64,000 nt of DNA from Octopus vulgaris (taxonomy: Eukaryota). Both the position numbers and the translations under genes were made by a program. The stretch's first letter is position 1; each line of letters opens with the position of its first letter. This document shows positions 1 to 11,388 of the stretch, one piece after another. The notes beneath the pieces are model-generated. The model saw only the letters and a list, made by a program, of their open reading frames with translations, was not told the DNA's origin and made no database searches. The stretch lies in NCBI GenBank assembly GCA_951406725.2, contig OX597817.1:169136001-169200000 (forward strand), in the 5' to 3' direction.

Positions 1-124
1 TACTTTAAAAGTACTTTTTCAGCATTTGCGGCAAAATAAGCATTAATTTTTACATTCTAATGTTTTTTTTCTATCTTTGCAGATAATGCTATGGTTGTTA
101 AAGTCGTATTGATTTTACCCCCAG

Positions 125-300
125 AAAATGAGTTTATATCAGACATGGCACGTTGTGTAAATTCAAAAGGGGCTTTTCAGCAATAAAAGCGACAAGGAAT
201 TATTTGTTCCGTCTATGGAAATGAAGCTTTGTTTGCCAACGAGGGTTTGACCAGTTTCACTTGGGAAATTTTTCTCTTGCATATTTCCTTAAGTTGGACA
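125..300 (+). mobile_element. Decayed mariner transposase N-terminal (HTH) fragment
   Basis: Frameshifted translation resembles IRH..L..F.KG.SAIKATRN.CSVYG.EAL...FDQFHLGNFSL. Confidence 0.55.
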
Positions 301-559
301 CATTGCTCCAGTCCACTCAGCTGGCAAAAATGAGTTGTACCTTTAATTCAAAGGGCCAGCCTTGTCACATTCTGTGTTATGCTGAATCTCCCTGAGAACT
401 ATGTTAAGGGTATGCCGATCTGTGGAGGTAGTAGTTTTCTGAACTTCCTCCATCCTATTTTTATTCTAGAAATAATACTTTCAGAGCATCCACCACTAGT
501 CACCTAAGTAACACAAGGGAGCCTCCTGGGCATTTGAGAGAGTTTAAGTCCCTCGTGTG

Positions 560-950
560 CTTAGTACTTATTGTTCCTACACATCTGTCACACATGAAAG
601 CGACCTTATCTGATAACCCATGAATCTACTGCATCTCTTATGTGTCCATAGTTTACACTTGGTGCAACATATGGAATTACATCCCACTCCATTCCTATGT
701 ATTGAGCAAGGTCATTTACAAGCTGGAATGAGAATCTTATCTCCTTTCTTGCTGGTAACAACTTTAGTTTTAGCTAAGTTAACTTTAAAGCCCTTTGATT
801 CTAGGTTTTGCTTCCAAATCCAGAACTTCTCCAATTCTGCTTCAGATTTTGCAATAAAAACAAGATCATCAGCATATAAAAGTTCCCATGGGCATCCAGT
901 TTTGAATTCATTTGTCATGGCCTGGAGAACTATAATGAATAAGAGTCATT
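560..950 (-). mobile_element. Decayed RTE-clade LINE RT fragment
   Basis: PWELLYADDL...KQNLESKGFKVNLAKTK followed by Cys-rich CCTKCKLWTHKRCS. Confidence 0.85.
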
Positions 951-1472
951 TGACTGTTGGAGCATTGCCTTAAAGGGTTTTTAGTCAAAGAATTCAACTC
1001 CTGGACTTATTCTTTGTAAGTCTAGTACTTATTTTATTGGTATCTTTTGGTGATGAAAACACACCAACATCAGTTGTCAAGTGATGGTGGTGGGGAGACA
1101 AACAGAGGCACAAAGACACACAAATATATACATACACACACACATACATGTATATATACAACAGGCTTCTTTCAGTTTCCACTTACCAAATCTACAAACA
1201 AGCCTTTGGTTGGCCTGAGGCTATAGTAGAAGACACTTGCCCAAGGTGCCGAGCAGTGGGACTGAACCTATGTTTCAGTCATTGAATTGCAGCCATGCTG
1301 GGGCACTGCCTTGAAGGGTTTAGTCAGACAAATCAACCCCAGTACTTATTTTTCAAGTCTGGTACTTATTCTATCTGTTCAAACTGCCAAGTTACAGGGA
1401 CATAAACAAACCAGCACTGGTTGTCAGGCTGTTGTGGGGCATAAATACCAGTGTAAAGACACACACATAGAT

Positions 1473-2444
1473 AGCAACATCACTTACTGCATCTCATGCT
1501 CTTTCTGTCCTCTGTACACCGGTCAAACGGAACACTGCTTGGCTGACCAGTTTGTGGAACACCTCTGAGACATCAGGCTTGGCAATGACACTCTGGTCTC
1601 GCGCCATTTCCACTCAACCAGTCATTCATTACAACACCTGTCTGTGTTCTGATTGTCCTTGCACAGAGGTCATCTGGACTCCAACCTTCAACATAAACAG
1701 AAATTAATCTTCTCTCTTCACTCCTTTGCACCACATGGACTCAACTCCCCCCTTTTCATCTGTCTTCCCTCCTCTCTTCACTCGCACCCACCTTTCCTCT
1801 CTTGCCCTGACACCTACTTCCTCTTCACTCCTACCCACCTTCTCCCTTCCATCCACACTCCACACCACCATCCCTATACATCCCAATCCCACCCCCACAA
1901 ATCCCACTTCACATACCCACCCCTACCCCCAAACCCACCCCACCCCCAACACCACCACAACACACCACACCACATCGCACCACCCTGCACACACTAGCAT
2001 TGACCACTTCCCAGCACCCACACCACCACACTACTCCATGTCACACCACAGCATACCATATCACACCACCCCACACACACTATCATCTACACACCTACAC
2101 ATGCATACACCCACATGTCAAGGTCACCAGCCCCAATCCAAATGTACACACATTCTCTCACATATACATGCACGTGCACCTTTGTTTTGGGATCATCACT
2201 ACTTTATTATCTCCTCTTCTTCCTTGCACTCATGTCTGACCATCTCCGTTCAGGCAGCTGCCATAATCAACCGCTAGCCACTAAAGTTTTTTTTATTCTC
2301 CCTCTGTTTATTTTCTCGTGTTCCTTTCTGTTGAAGAGTCTAGGCTCGAAACATAAAAGACTTTCTCACCTTCCCAAGTGTTAAACTAATACACCTGTTG
2401 TTTATACGCCTGTCTTCATCTTTTGCTTTTTTTTGTAAATTCCA

Positions 2445-2450
<6 letters not shown>
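1473..2450 (+). mobile_element. Penelope-like retroelement 3' end: GIY-YIG endonuclease pseudogene plus pLTR-like 3' region
   Basis: SNITYCISCSFCPLYTGQTEHCLADQFVEHL*DIR...VSRHF..TSHSL.HLSV...KLIFSLHSFAPHGLN with two stops; hammerhead-like motif at 2324-2359; ends in (TA)n. Confidence 0.8.
2324..2359 (+). ncRNA. Minimal hammerhead-ribozyme-like motif (variant core, degenerate)
   Basis: CTTT-CTGTTGAA-GAGTctagGCTC-GAAA-CATA-AAAG. Confidence 0.45.
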
Positions 2451-2515
<65 letters not shown>

Positions 2516-2654
2516 CGGGAAGCTTTATGAAAATGGACAAAAGACGAAGGCAGGTTTACGGAAATAAACAAAAGACGAAGGCAGGTGGAATACAAACAAA
2601 CAATTGTATATATATATATATATATATATAAATTAGAATTGTATATATATATAT

Positions 2655-2970
2655 AAATTAGAAAAAAAAACCCACCTTTTATCAATTCAATAATGAAAAA
2701 TTAAATTATACCATTTAAAAAAAATTACATATTATAGAAAGATTAAATATAAGATAAAACATATATAACAATGATTAAGTAATGTGCAAAATAATAAATA
2801 AACATATATACTTGGGATATATTTACGTTTTATTTATTATTTTGCACATTACTTAATCATCGTTATATGTTTTATCTAATATTTAATCTTTCTATAAGAT
2901 GTAATTTTTCTAAATAATATAATTTAACTTTTCATTATTGAATTGATAAAAGGTGGGTTTTTTCTAGTTT
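2655..2970. repeat. About 315-bp AT-rich fold-back (imperfect palindrome) flanked by (TA)n
   Basis: Arms AAACCCACCTTTTATCAATTCAATAATGAAAA... and ...TTTTCATTATTGAATTGATAAAAGGTGGGTTT; centre near 2812. Confidence 0.9.
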
Positions 2971-3061
2971 ATATATATATATTAAATTTTGTGAAAATAT
3001 AATATATATATTGCTTGTATTTATATGCATGTATATATACTTCAATTAGAGGTTGTATTAA

Positions 3062-3282
3062 CCCTTTCGTTACTGGATTTATTTTGAGATGCTGTGTGTT
3101 TCTTTCAATTATTTTAAAATATAACAAAGAATTTAGTAAAATATCTTAGTTATCATTAAGCTAGTGTTAGGAACATAAATTGTGACTAAGGTTTGGTGGA
3201 AGATTTTAATTCAAAACTTATGAAAGCCAGACATTTGTACTCAGAGCCAGAGCCAGTTTCAGTCGGGTTGGTAACGAAAGGG
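3062..3282. mobile_element. piggyBac-type MITE
   Basis: TTAA TSDs; TIR CCCTTTCGTTAC / GTAACGAAAGGG. Confidence 0.9.
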
Positions 3283-4375
3283 TTAACCTCATGAAGGGAT
3301 GGATTCATATAAAACATCCAAGGGTATATTTTTTCCCTCTGAAGGTATTATACTCGGGTCATATAAATTTAATATTTACTTAATATTTATTGAGAATTAA
3401 TTGAAACAGCTGTAAGGGACGGTGATTAATTTGCTGTTAATAATAAACAATTATTAACTATCCAGTCTCCATTTTTTCTTCTTTTATATATGTATGTATG
3501 TATCATCATCATCGTTTAACGTCCACTTTCCATGCTAGCATGGGTTGGACGATTTGACTGAGGTTTGGCGAACCAGATGGCTGCACCCTGGTAGAGTTTA
3601 TACAGCTTGATGCCCTTCCTAACATCAGCCACTCCGAGAGTGTAGCGGGTTGCTTTTACGTGCCACTGGCACGAGAGCTAGACAGGCGGCACTGGCCACG
3701 GCCACGCTCAAATGGTGCTTTTTATGCGCCACCTGCACAGGAGCCAGTCCAGCGGTACTGGCAACGACTTCGCTCAAATGTTTTTTTCACGTGTCACCAG
3801 CATTGGTGCTAGTAAGGCAGCGCAGGTAACGATCATGCTCGAATGGTGTTTTTAACGTGCCATTGGCATGGAAGCCAGCTTGTTGCTCTGGCAATGATCT
3901 CACTCATGTGGTATTCTTAGCGCTCCACTAGCACGGATGCCAGTCATCGAATTTGATTTCGATTTCAATTCATATGTATGTATGTATGTATGTATAGGTG
4001 AAGGCTATGTAGTTAAGAAGTTTATAAGCAGCTATCAATGACTTGTAAGCACATGGTATTTCATTATGCAACCAGGATATGCTACAAAGTATATCAAAGG
4101 TTTTTATAAGTCAATACCATGAACTACTGTATCAGCAGTGCACCGAAGAGATGATCTTTATAAGCAGCGACCCTTGTTTCCAATTTTCTGTGGAAACATT
4201 TTTGGCCAGTGGGAAATATTACCTCGCTTGGAAAGTTGGCAACAGGAAGGGCAATCTCCCTCGACCAAGTCTGTTTGATGATGATGATGATGACAACAAA
4301 GACAATGATGATATGTATGTGTGTGGGTGGGTGTTGTAATGGGTATATGATGTCACATGTTTGGTAAAGATCACA

Positions 4376-4800
4376 TGGTATGCTGTGGTGTGACATGGAG
4401 TAGTGTGGTGGTGTGGGTGCTGGGAAGTGGTCAATGCTAGTGTGTGCAGGGTGGTGTGCGATGTGTGTGTGGTGTGTTGTGGTGGTGTTGGGGGTGGGGT
4501 GGGTTTGGGGGGTAGGGGTGGGTATGTGAAGTGGGATTTGTGGGGGTGGGATTAGGATGTATAGGGATGGTGGGGTGGAGTGTGGATGGAAGGGAGAAGG
4601 TGGGCAGGAGTGAAGAGGAAGTAGGTGTCAGGGCAAGAGAGGAAAGGCGGGTGGGAGTAAAGAGAGGAGAGAGGAGGGAAGTCAGATGAAGAGGGGGGAG
4701 TTGAGTCCATGTGGTGCAAAGGAGTGAAGAGAGAAGATTAATTTCTGTTTATGTTGAAGGTGGGAGTCCGGATGACCTCTGTGCAAGGACAATCAAAAAT
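4376..4800 (-). mobile_element. Inverted second copy of the Penelope-like segment 1645-2058
   Basis: Near-identical reverse complement of about 415 bp. Confidence 0.9.
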
Positions 4801-5162
4801 ACTAGTTGAAATTTGGGAGACAGAAGACCTTGTTGGCTGTATATGATGCACAAAGGTGTTTTTCGAGGTTTATGAAAGATGAATTTGCAGGAATTGCAGT
4901 AGTTGGTAAAAGCCACTCAGTGGAAGTGGATGACATTTTCCAGATGTTGCAGGCCATGTTCTGTATCTGTAGTGTGGTATGAAAACCACTAAGATGTATT
5001 AGAGGATTCTGGTGTTTCAACTTTTGGAGATATTGGGAAGAGATACGGTGGCATCATGGTTAAAAACTTTGCTTTGCAACCACATGGTTTTGGATTCAGT
5101 CCAACTGTAGCCTAGTCTGACTGATGCCTTGTGAGTGAATTTGATAGGCAGAAACTGTGTGA

Positions 5163-5435
5163 AAGGCGGCGAGCTGGCAGGAATGTTAGCACGCTGGGAG
5201 AAATGCTTCAAAGGCAGCAAGCTGGCAGAATCGTTAGAGGAGAAATGCTTCACGGTATTTCGTCTGCTGTTACATTCTGAGTTCAAATTCCGCCGAGGTT
5301 GACTTTACCTTTCATCCTTTCGGGGTCGATAAATTAATTAGCAGTTACGTACTGGGGTCAATGTAATCAACTTAATCCCTTTATCTGTCCCCCTCTATGT
5401 TTAGGTTTAGCCCCTGGTTGGCAATAAAGAAATAA
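5163..5435 (+). mobile_element. SINE family B with a duplicated head; other copies at about 17318, 20899, 23445, 35343-36390, 47324, 47968, 57465, 58017
   Basis: GGCGGCGAGCTGGCAGAA...GAGTTCAAATTCCGCCGAGGTCGACTTTGCCTTTCATCCTTTCGGGGTCGATAAA...AATAAAGAAATA recurs many times. Confidence 0.85.
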
Positions 5436-5929
5436 GAAACTGTGTGAAAGCCTACTGTCTGCCTATTATGTGTGTGTGTGCATGTGTTTGTTTAAGTTCC
5501 AGTGTGTGTGTTTATGTTCTATTGTGTGTGTGTGTGTGTGTGTATGTGTGCGTAAGTTCCAGTAACTTAGCGGTTCAGTAAAAGAAACTAATAGAATAAG
5601 TATCAGACTTAAAAATAAGCTCTAGGGTCAATTTGTTCAGTTAAACCATTCATGGCCACAATCAAATGATCAAAACAAGTAAAAGATAGGAGAGAGAGAG
5701 AGAGAGAGTGAGAGAATGTGTGTGTGTGTGTGTGTGTGTGTTTGTCTAGAATGGTGTGAGATGAAGCAAATGTCCTAAGAAATGATTTAAATATTGGTCA
5801 TGGCTGAAAGAGTTCAGAGAGCAGTTGAAGCAGCTGGTGGATTTAGAGCGGAGTTTCTCTTCCATCTTTTGCCTAACAATACCTTTGATTCCTATTTTTT
5901 TCTACTGGACTTCCAAAGTCGTTTGCTGT

Positions 5930-6346
5930 ATACTCTTTTACTCTTTTACTCTTTTAGTTGTTTCAGTCATTTGACTGCGGCCATGCTGGAGCACCACCTT
6001 TAATCGAGCAACTAGACCCGGAGACTTATTCCTTTGTAAGCCCAGTACTTATTCTATCGGTCTCTTTTGCCGAACCGCTAAGTGACGGGGACATAAACAC
6101 ACCAGCATCGGTTGTCAAGCAATGCTAGGGGGACAAACACAGACACACAAACACACACACATACACATACATATATATACATATATACGACGGGCTTCTT
6201 TCAGTTTCCGTCTACCAAATCCACTCACAAGGCATTGGTCGGCCCGAGGCTATAGTAGAAGACACTTGCTCAAGGTGCCACGCAGTGGGACTGAACCCGG
6301 AACCATGTGGTTGGTAAACAAGCTACTTACCACACAGCCACTCCTG
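5930..6346 (-). mobile_element. SINE family A (tRNA-derived, CORE-like, internal microsatellite)
   Basis: A box TGGCTGTGTGG, B box GGTTCAGTCC, ACCTTG.GCAAGT, internal (TA)/(TG), tail (AGTAAAAG)n; more than 20 copies or fragments in the window. Confidence 0.9.
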
Positions 6347-7260
6347 TAGAAGAAAATTTTACTGTATTTTTGTAATTAAATATTATTAGAAAATGCATAA
6401 AAGAAATTAAAATATTTTGTGTATTGTTGGAGTATAACCCATTTGTTGCACATAAATTTTGACAATAAAATCTTATATGGCGGTGATGACAAGAGACTGT
6501 GACCTTTGTCGATTTGCTATGATCGAGGACTGTCAAACCAAGTGAAATCATTGTTGTGGCTAGTGCTCATAACATGTAAAAGGCATCAGAACCAGTGACA
6601 TGTAATAAGCACCTACTCTTGGAGTGGTTAGTGTTAGGAAGGACACCCAGCAGTAGAAACCAAGCCAAATCAAACTGGAGCCTAGTACAGCTCTCTGGCT
6701 AACCAGACCTAGTCGAATTGTCTAACCCATGCCAGTATGGAAAAACAGACGCTGAATGATGATGATGATGATGATGACCACTCCCAGGGGCCATAGGGAC
6801 CAAAATTGAGAATGACTGGTTTGGAGGGATGAGGAATGGATACTTTGACTCATATTAACAGGAAATCTTTTGTTACTGATACTTGCTGATCTGACCCTTT
6901 CCCTGTCAAATACATCTCAGTCAGTATCTGAGAGGTACAGGGTTCGATTCTCTGTAGCCACCTGCTGGCAACTGCTTCTGTCTTCTAAGGCTATTTATCC
7001 AATCTTCTAAGCTGTTTTCACAACTATCCTGTGTTCGAGATTTACTTAATTTTCTGTAAAATATGTATGGCATGAAACCACGATGATATTTTGGCTCATT
7101 GACTGATGAGGAAGACTTAAGTGTGAATATTCCATGTATCGTGTCTTTGTCTATATTTCCCATCTGTTAAGTTTTTGTCTAGTTTCCCATTTGCTCTGCT
7201 TTCGTCTAACTTTTTCTCCTTGTGTTCTGTCTGTTCAACTCTTGATATATATATATATAC

Positions 7261-7309
<49 letters not shown>

Positions 7310-7374
7310 ATACAAATTTTTTAGTCATTTTAAATTTATATCTTAAAAATATTGATTATTTTTAGATTTGAAAT

Positions 7375-7420
7375 CCACCTGATGAATGTCCTTAGAAGAG
7401 ACACGAAACAATTGTAGTGG
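7375..7420 (+). ncRNA. Minimal type-I hammerhead ribozyme motif
   Basis: CCAC-CTGATGA-aTGTCcttagaagaGACAc-GAAA-CAATTG-TA-GTGG: stem I CCAC/GTGG, palindromic helix III ACAATTGT, GUA triplet. Confidence 0.7.
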
Positions 7421-7513
7421 CGAATTTAATTTTATTTAATTTATATAAAATTATTTATGTATTGGATTAAGTCTTTCTTTGTTTGATTTGCATAATAGTG
7501 GTTTTGTCTCTAA

Positions 7514-7578
<65 letters not shown>

Positions 7579-7607
7579 TATATATACATACATATATATA
7601 TATATAT

Positions 7608-7800
7608 TGGATCGTTAGCCCCTGCACGCAATTTTTTTCTCTCCCTCCTTGTTTTTTTCTGTGTATCTTTCTGTCAAAGAGCGTAGGCTCGAAACGTAAA
7701 AGACTTGTTTTATTTCTATTCCTGAGCGCCATACTAATACACTGTTTGTTTGTACTCCACCTGCCTTCGTCTTTTGTTTATTTTCGTAAACCTTCTCGTT
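7608..7800 (+). mobile_element. Short Penelope-pLTR-derived element between (TA)n tracts; hammerhead-like motif at 7666-7703
   Basis: Homologous to 2270-2450; TCTTT-CTGTCAAA-GAGCgtagGCTC-GAAA-CGTA-AAAGA. Confidence 0.7.
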
Positions 7801-7989
7801 ATATATATATATATATATACATACTGAGACCTCTAGAGATATGCTGTGACTGCGAAGATCTGACAAATAAAGTGAGTCCATGGCGTATCCTACACCAGCT
7901 TCACATAACCAGCCCCAGCCCATTCAAAGTATCTTGGATTGTAGGACGACCTTCTGTGCTTACCTTGGATCGAAGGGTGACCTGATGTG

Positions 7990-8703
7990 CTTGAAGAGAC
8001 CTATTAAGTCAAGTACATCAACATCAAAATAAAAATCAAATGGAAATTGTAGTTGTGATACCTGTCCTGGTGACACGTAAAAGGCATCATCCAAACGTAG
8101 CCGATGCCAGTGGCATGTAAAAAGCACCAACCGATCATGGCCGTTGCCATCCTCCTCTGGCCCCTGTGCCGGTGGCATGTAAAAAGCACCCACAACACTC
8201 ACAGAGTGGTTGACATTAGGAAGGGCATCCGGCTGTAGAAACACTGCCAGATCAGACTGGAGCCTGATGCAGCCTCCTGGCTTCTCTGACCTTGGTCGAG
8301 CCGTCGATCCATGCTAGCATGGAAAACAGACATTAAACGATGATGATGATGATGATGATATATATCATCATCATCATCATCATCATTTAGCATCCGCTTT
8401 CCATGCTAGCATGGGTTGGACGGTTCAACTGGGGTCTGGGAAGCCAAGAGGCTGCATCAGGCTCCAGTCTGATCTGGCAGTGTTTCTACGGCTGGTTGCC
8501 CTTCCTAACGCCAACCACTCCGTGAGTGTAGTGGGTGCTTTTTACGTGCCACCCGCACAGGTGCCAGACGGAGCTGGCAAACGGCCATGATCGGATGGTG
8601 CTTTTTACATGCCACCGGCACGGAGGCCAGTCGGGGCGGCGCTGGCAACAGACACGGTCGGGTGGTGCTTTTTACGTGCCACCGGCACGGGGACCAGGCG
8701 AGG

Positions 8704-8705
<2 letters not shown>
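7990..8705. mobile_element. Tail-to-tail pair of RTE 3'-end fragments
   Basis: + copy ends in (GAT)n at about 8358; - copy begins (CAT)n at about 8364; both carry GTGGTTG.C.TTAGGAAGGGCA.CC.GC.GTAGAAAC. Confidence 0.85.
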
Positions 8706-8743
<38 letters not shown>

Positions 8744-8791
8744 CACATATATATGTATATATATGTATATATATATGTATGTATGTATATA

Positions 8792-8831
<40 letters not shown>

Positions 8832-8884
8832 GTATGTATGTATGTATATTTATGTATGTATAGATAGATAGATAGATAGATATA

Positions 8885-10088
8885 TTGGGTTGGCAACTAA
8901 GTTCCCGCCGTTTTTTAAAATTTAAGTTTTTTAAAAGGTTTAATAAGAAATAACAACTAATTAATAAATAATGTACTCACCCTTGTTATTTACAACTTCT
9001 TTCCAACGTTCAACAAGATTTTCAATACCTCATTGGTAGAAATCACCTGATTTCAACTTGAAAAATTCATCCAACCAAGCTCTCAATTCTGCATCAGTAT
9101 TGAATGAAACACCATGCATAGCATTTGAAAGAGATCGAAAGAGGTGGAAATCCGTTGGTATCAAATCAGGAGAGTACGGCGGGTGTGGCAGCACTACCCA
9201 GCCATTCGTCTGAATGGCTTCCTTGGTCATATTGACGATATTGGGGTGGGTGTTGTCGTGCAGCAGAAAAGCTCCATGCTGCCGATTAGGTCTTTTCTCT
9301 TGAATAGCTGTGTTGAGTCGTTCCATCTGTTGAACATAGAGTTCTGCGTTCACCATTTGGTTCCATTCAAGCAATTCATAATGGATAATCCCTTCCCTGT
9401 CCCATCATATGCACAACATTGTTTTACATGGGTGAAAATCTTGTTTAACGGGGCTAAGCCATTCCTTACATTGCTTCATATTGATGTACAGGTACCATTT
9501 TTTGTCGCCAGTAACGATTCAGTAAAGAAATAATTACTTGTGTCCATGAGTGACGAGCAAGCAAACCAGCGGAGATTGTGGCTTGTTGATTTTTGCTGTT
9601 GTCACTTAAAGCATGCAGAACCCGTGCTCCATGCTTCTGAACCTTTCCTATCAAGTGAAGATGCTTCTCTATAGCAGTGTGGGAGCATTCCATTTTCTCT
9701 GCTAGTTCCCTTGTCGTTTGATGAAAATTTTCATGCAAAAGTTGGTTTAATTGCTCTTCATCGAACTCAACTGGATGGCCAGAATGAGGTGTGTCTTTGA
9801 GGTCAAAATTTCCATTTTTGAACTTGGCATACAAATCACAAACAGTTCTTTCAGCTATTGCACCATCTCCATACACAGCACAAATGTTATGAGCAGCTTT
9901 TGCGGCCTTGACACCTTGATTATAAGCAAAGAGAAGTAGGTGTCGAAAATGCTTCTTTTTCTTAACTTGACATTCCAGTTTAATGATCTGAAAATAAACG
10001 GAAATAAACAAAAATTAACTAGAAAATTTAAGAAACCAATAAATTCCAAAATTAAAAAAAAAAAAACGGTAGGAACTTGCCAACCCTG
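8885..10088 (-). mobile_element. Near full-length mariner transposon; transposase pseudogene about 8961-9978
   Basis: TA flanks; TIRs GGGTTGGCAA(ctaa)GTTCC..CCGTTTTTT; motifs VTGDKKW, LHDNTHPN, HPPYSPDLIPTDFHLF; apparent start codon reads CTG; frameshift and stops. Confidence 0.93.
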
Positions 10089-10090
10089 TA

Positions 10091-10124
<34 letters not shown>

Positions 10125-11368
10125 AACACACCATCATCGGTTGTCAAGCGATGCTGGAGGGACAAACACAGACACACAAACATATACACACACATATATA
10201 TATATATACAGGAGTGGCTGTGTGGTAAGTAGCTTGCTAACCAACCACATGGTTCCGGGTTCAGTCCCACTGCGTGGCACCTTGGGCAAGTGTCTTCTGC
10301 TATAGCCCCGGGCCGACCAATGCCTTGTGAGTGGATTTGGTAGACGGAAACTGAAAGAAGCCTGTCGTATATATATATATGTATGTGTGTGTTTGTGTGT
10401 CTGTGTTTGTTCCCCTAGCATTGCTTGACAACCGATGCTGGTGTGTTTACATCCCCGTCACTTAGCGGTTCGGCAAAAGAGACCGATAGAATAAGTACTG
10501 GGCTTACAAAGAATAAGTCCCGGGGTCGATTTGTTCGACTAAAGGCGGTGCTCCAGCATGGCCGCAGTCAAATGACTGAAACAAGTAAAAGAGTATATAT
10601 ATATGACGGGCTTTTTTCAGTTTCCGTCTACCAAATCCACTCACAAGACCCGAGGCTATAGTAGAAGACACTTACCCAAGGTGCCATGCAGGGGGACTGA
10701 ACCCGGAACCATGTGGTTGGCAAGCAAGCTACTTACCACACAGCCACTCCTACACCTCGTTAAAATAATATTCAAAGTGTTTTATATGATCAGAAATATA
10801 GTTTTAAAGTGTTGATGGTGTCATAGTGAGGATTTGATTAGACTTAGCAATTAAAAAATGTAGGAGAATTTTCAAATATTAATAAAGTGGAACTTTTATT
10901 TTCCATCTGACTGTTAGTTTTGTTTCATTTTGAAAAATAAAAATGTATTTTTGGTTTATTGCTTTATATTTTGAATTAGTGGCTGTGTGTTAAGTAGCTT
11001 GTTTACCAACCACCTGGTTCCGAGTTCAGCCCACTGCATGGCACCTTAGGCAAGTGTCTTTTACTATAGCCTCAGGCCAACCAAAGCCTTGTGAGTGGAT
11101 TTGGTAGACGGAAACTGAAAGAAGCCCGTCGTATATATGTATATATATATATGCATGTGTGTGTTTGTGTGTCTGTGTTTGTCCCCCTAGCATTGCTTGA
11201 TAACCGATGCTGGTGTGTTTATGTCCCTGTTACTTAGCAGTCCGGCAAAAGAGACCGATAGAATAAGTACTGGGCTTACAAAGGAATAAGTCCCGGGGTC
11301 GAGTTACTCGATTAAAGGCGGTGCTCCAGAATGGCCGCAGTCAAATGACTGAAACAAGTAAAAGAGTA
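10125..11368. mobile_element. Cluster of SINE A copies: + 10209-10593 nested in a - copy (10125-10205 and 10605-10752), and + 10978-11368
   Basis: Family A consensus on both strands. Confidence 0.85.
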
Positions 11369-11388
11369 AATATATATATATATATATA

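Noticed and set aside
1653-2277. His/Pro/Thr-rich ORFs
   Set aside because: Translation of the C/A-rich low-complexity tract of the Penelope-like 3' region
4802-5050. Unique-looking segment with a 72-aa minus ORF
   Set aside because: No recognisable domain in any frame and no clear splice boundaries
6925-6965. tRNA-like T-arm ACAGGGTTCGATTCTCTGT plus AGCCACC
   Set aside because: No D-arm, anticodon arm or matching 5' acceptor strand; at most a relic
10209-10290. SINE heads as tRNA genes
   Set aside because: A and B boxes are present but there is no complete cloverleaf and they always continue into the SINE body
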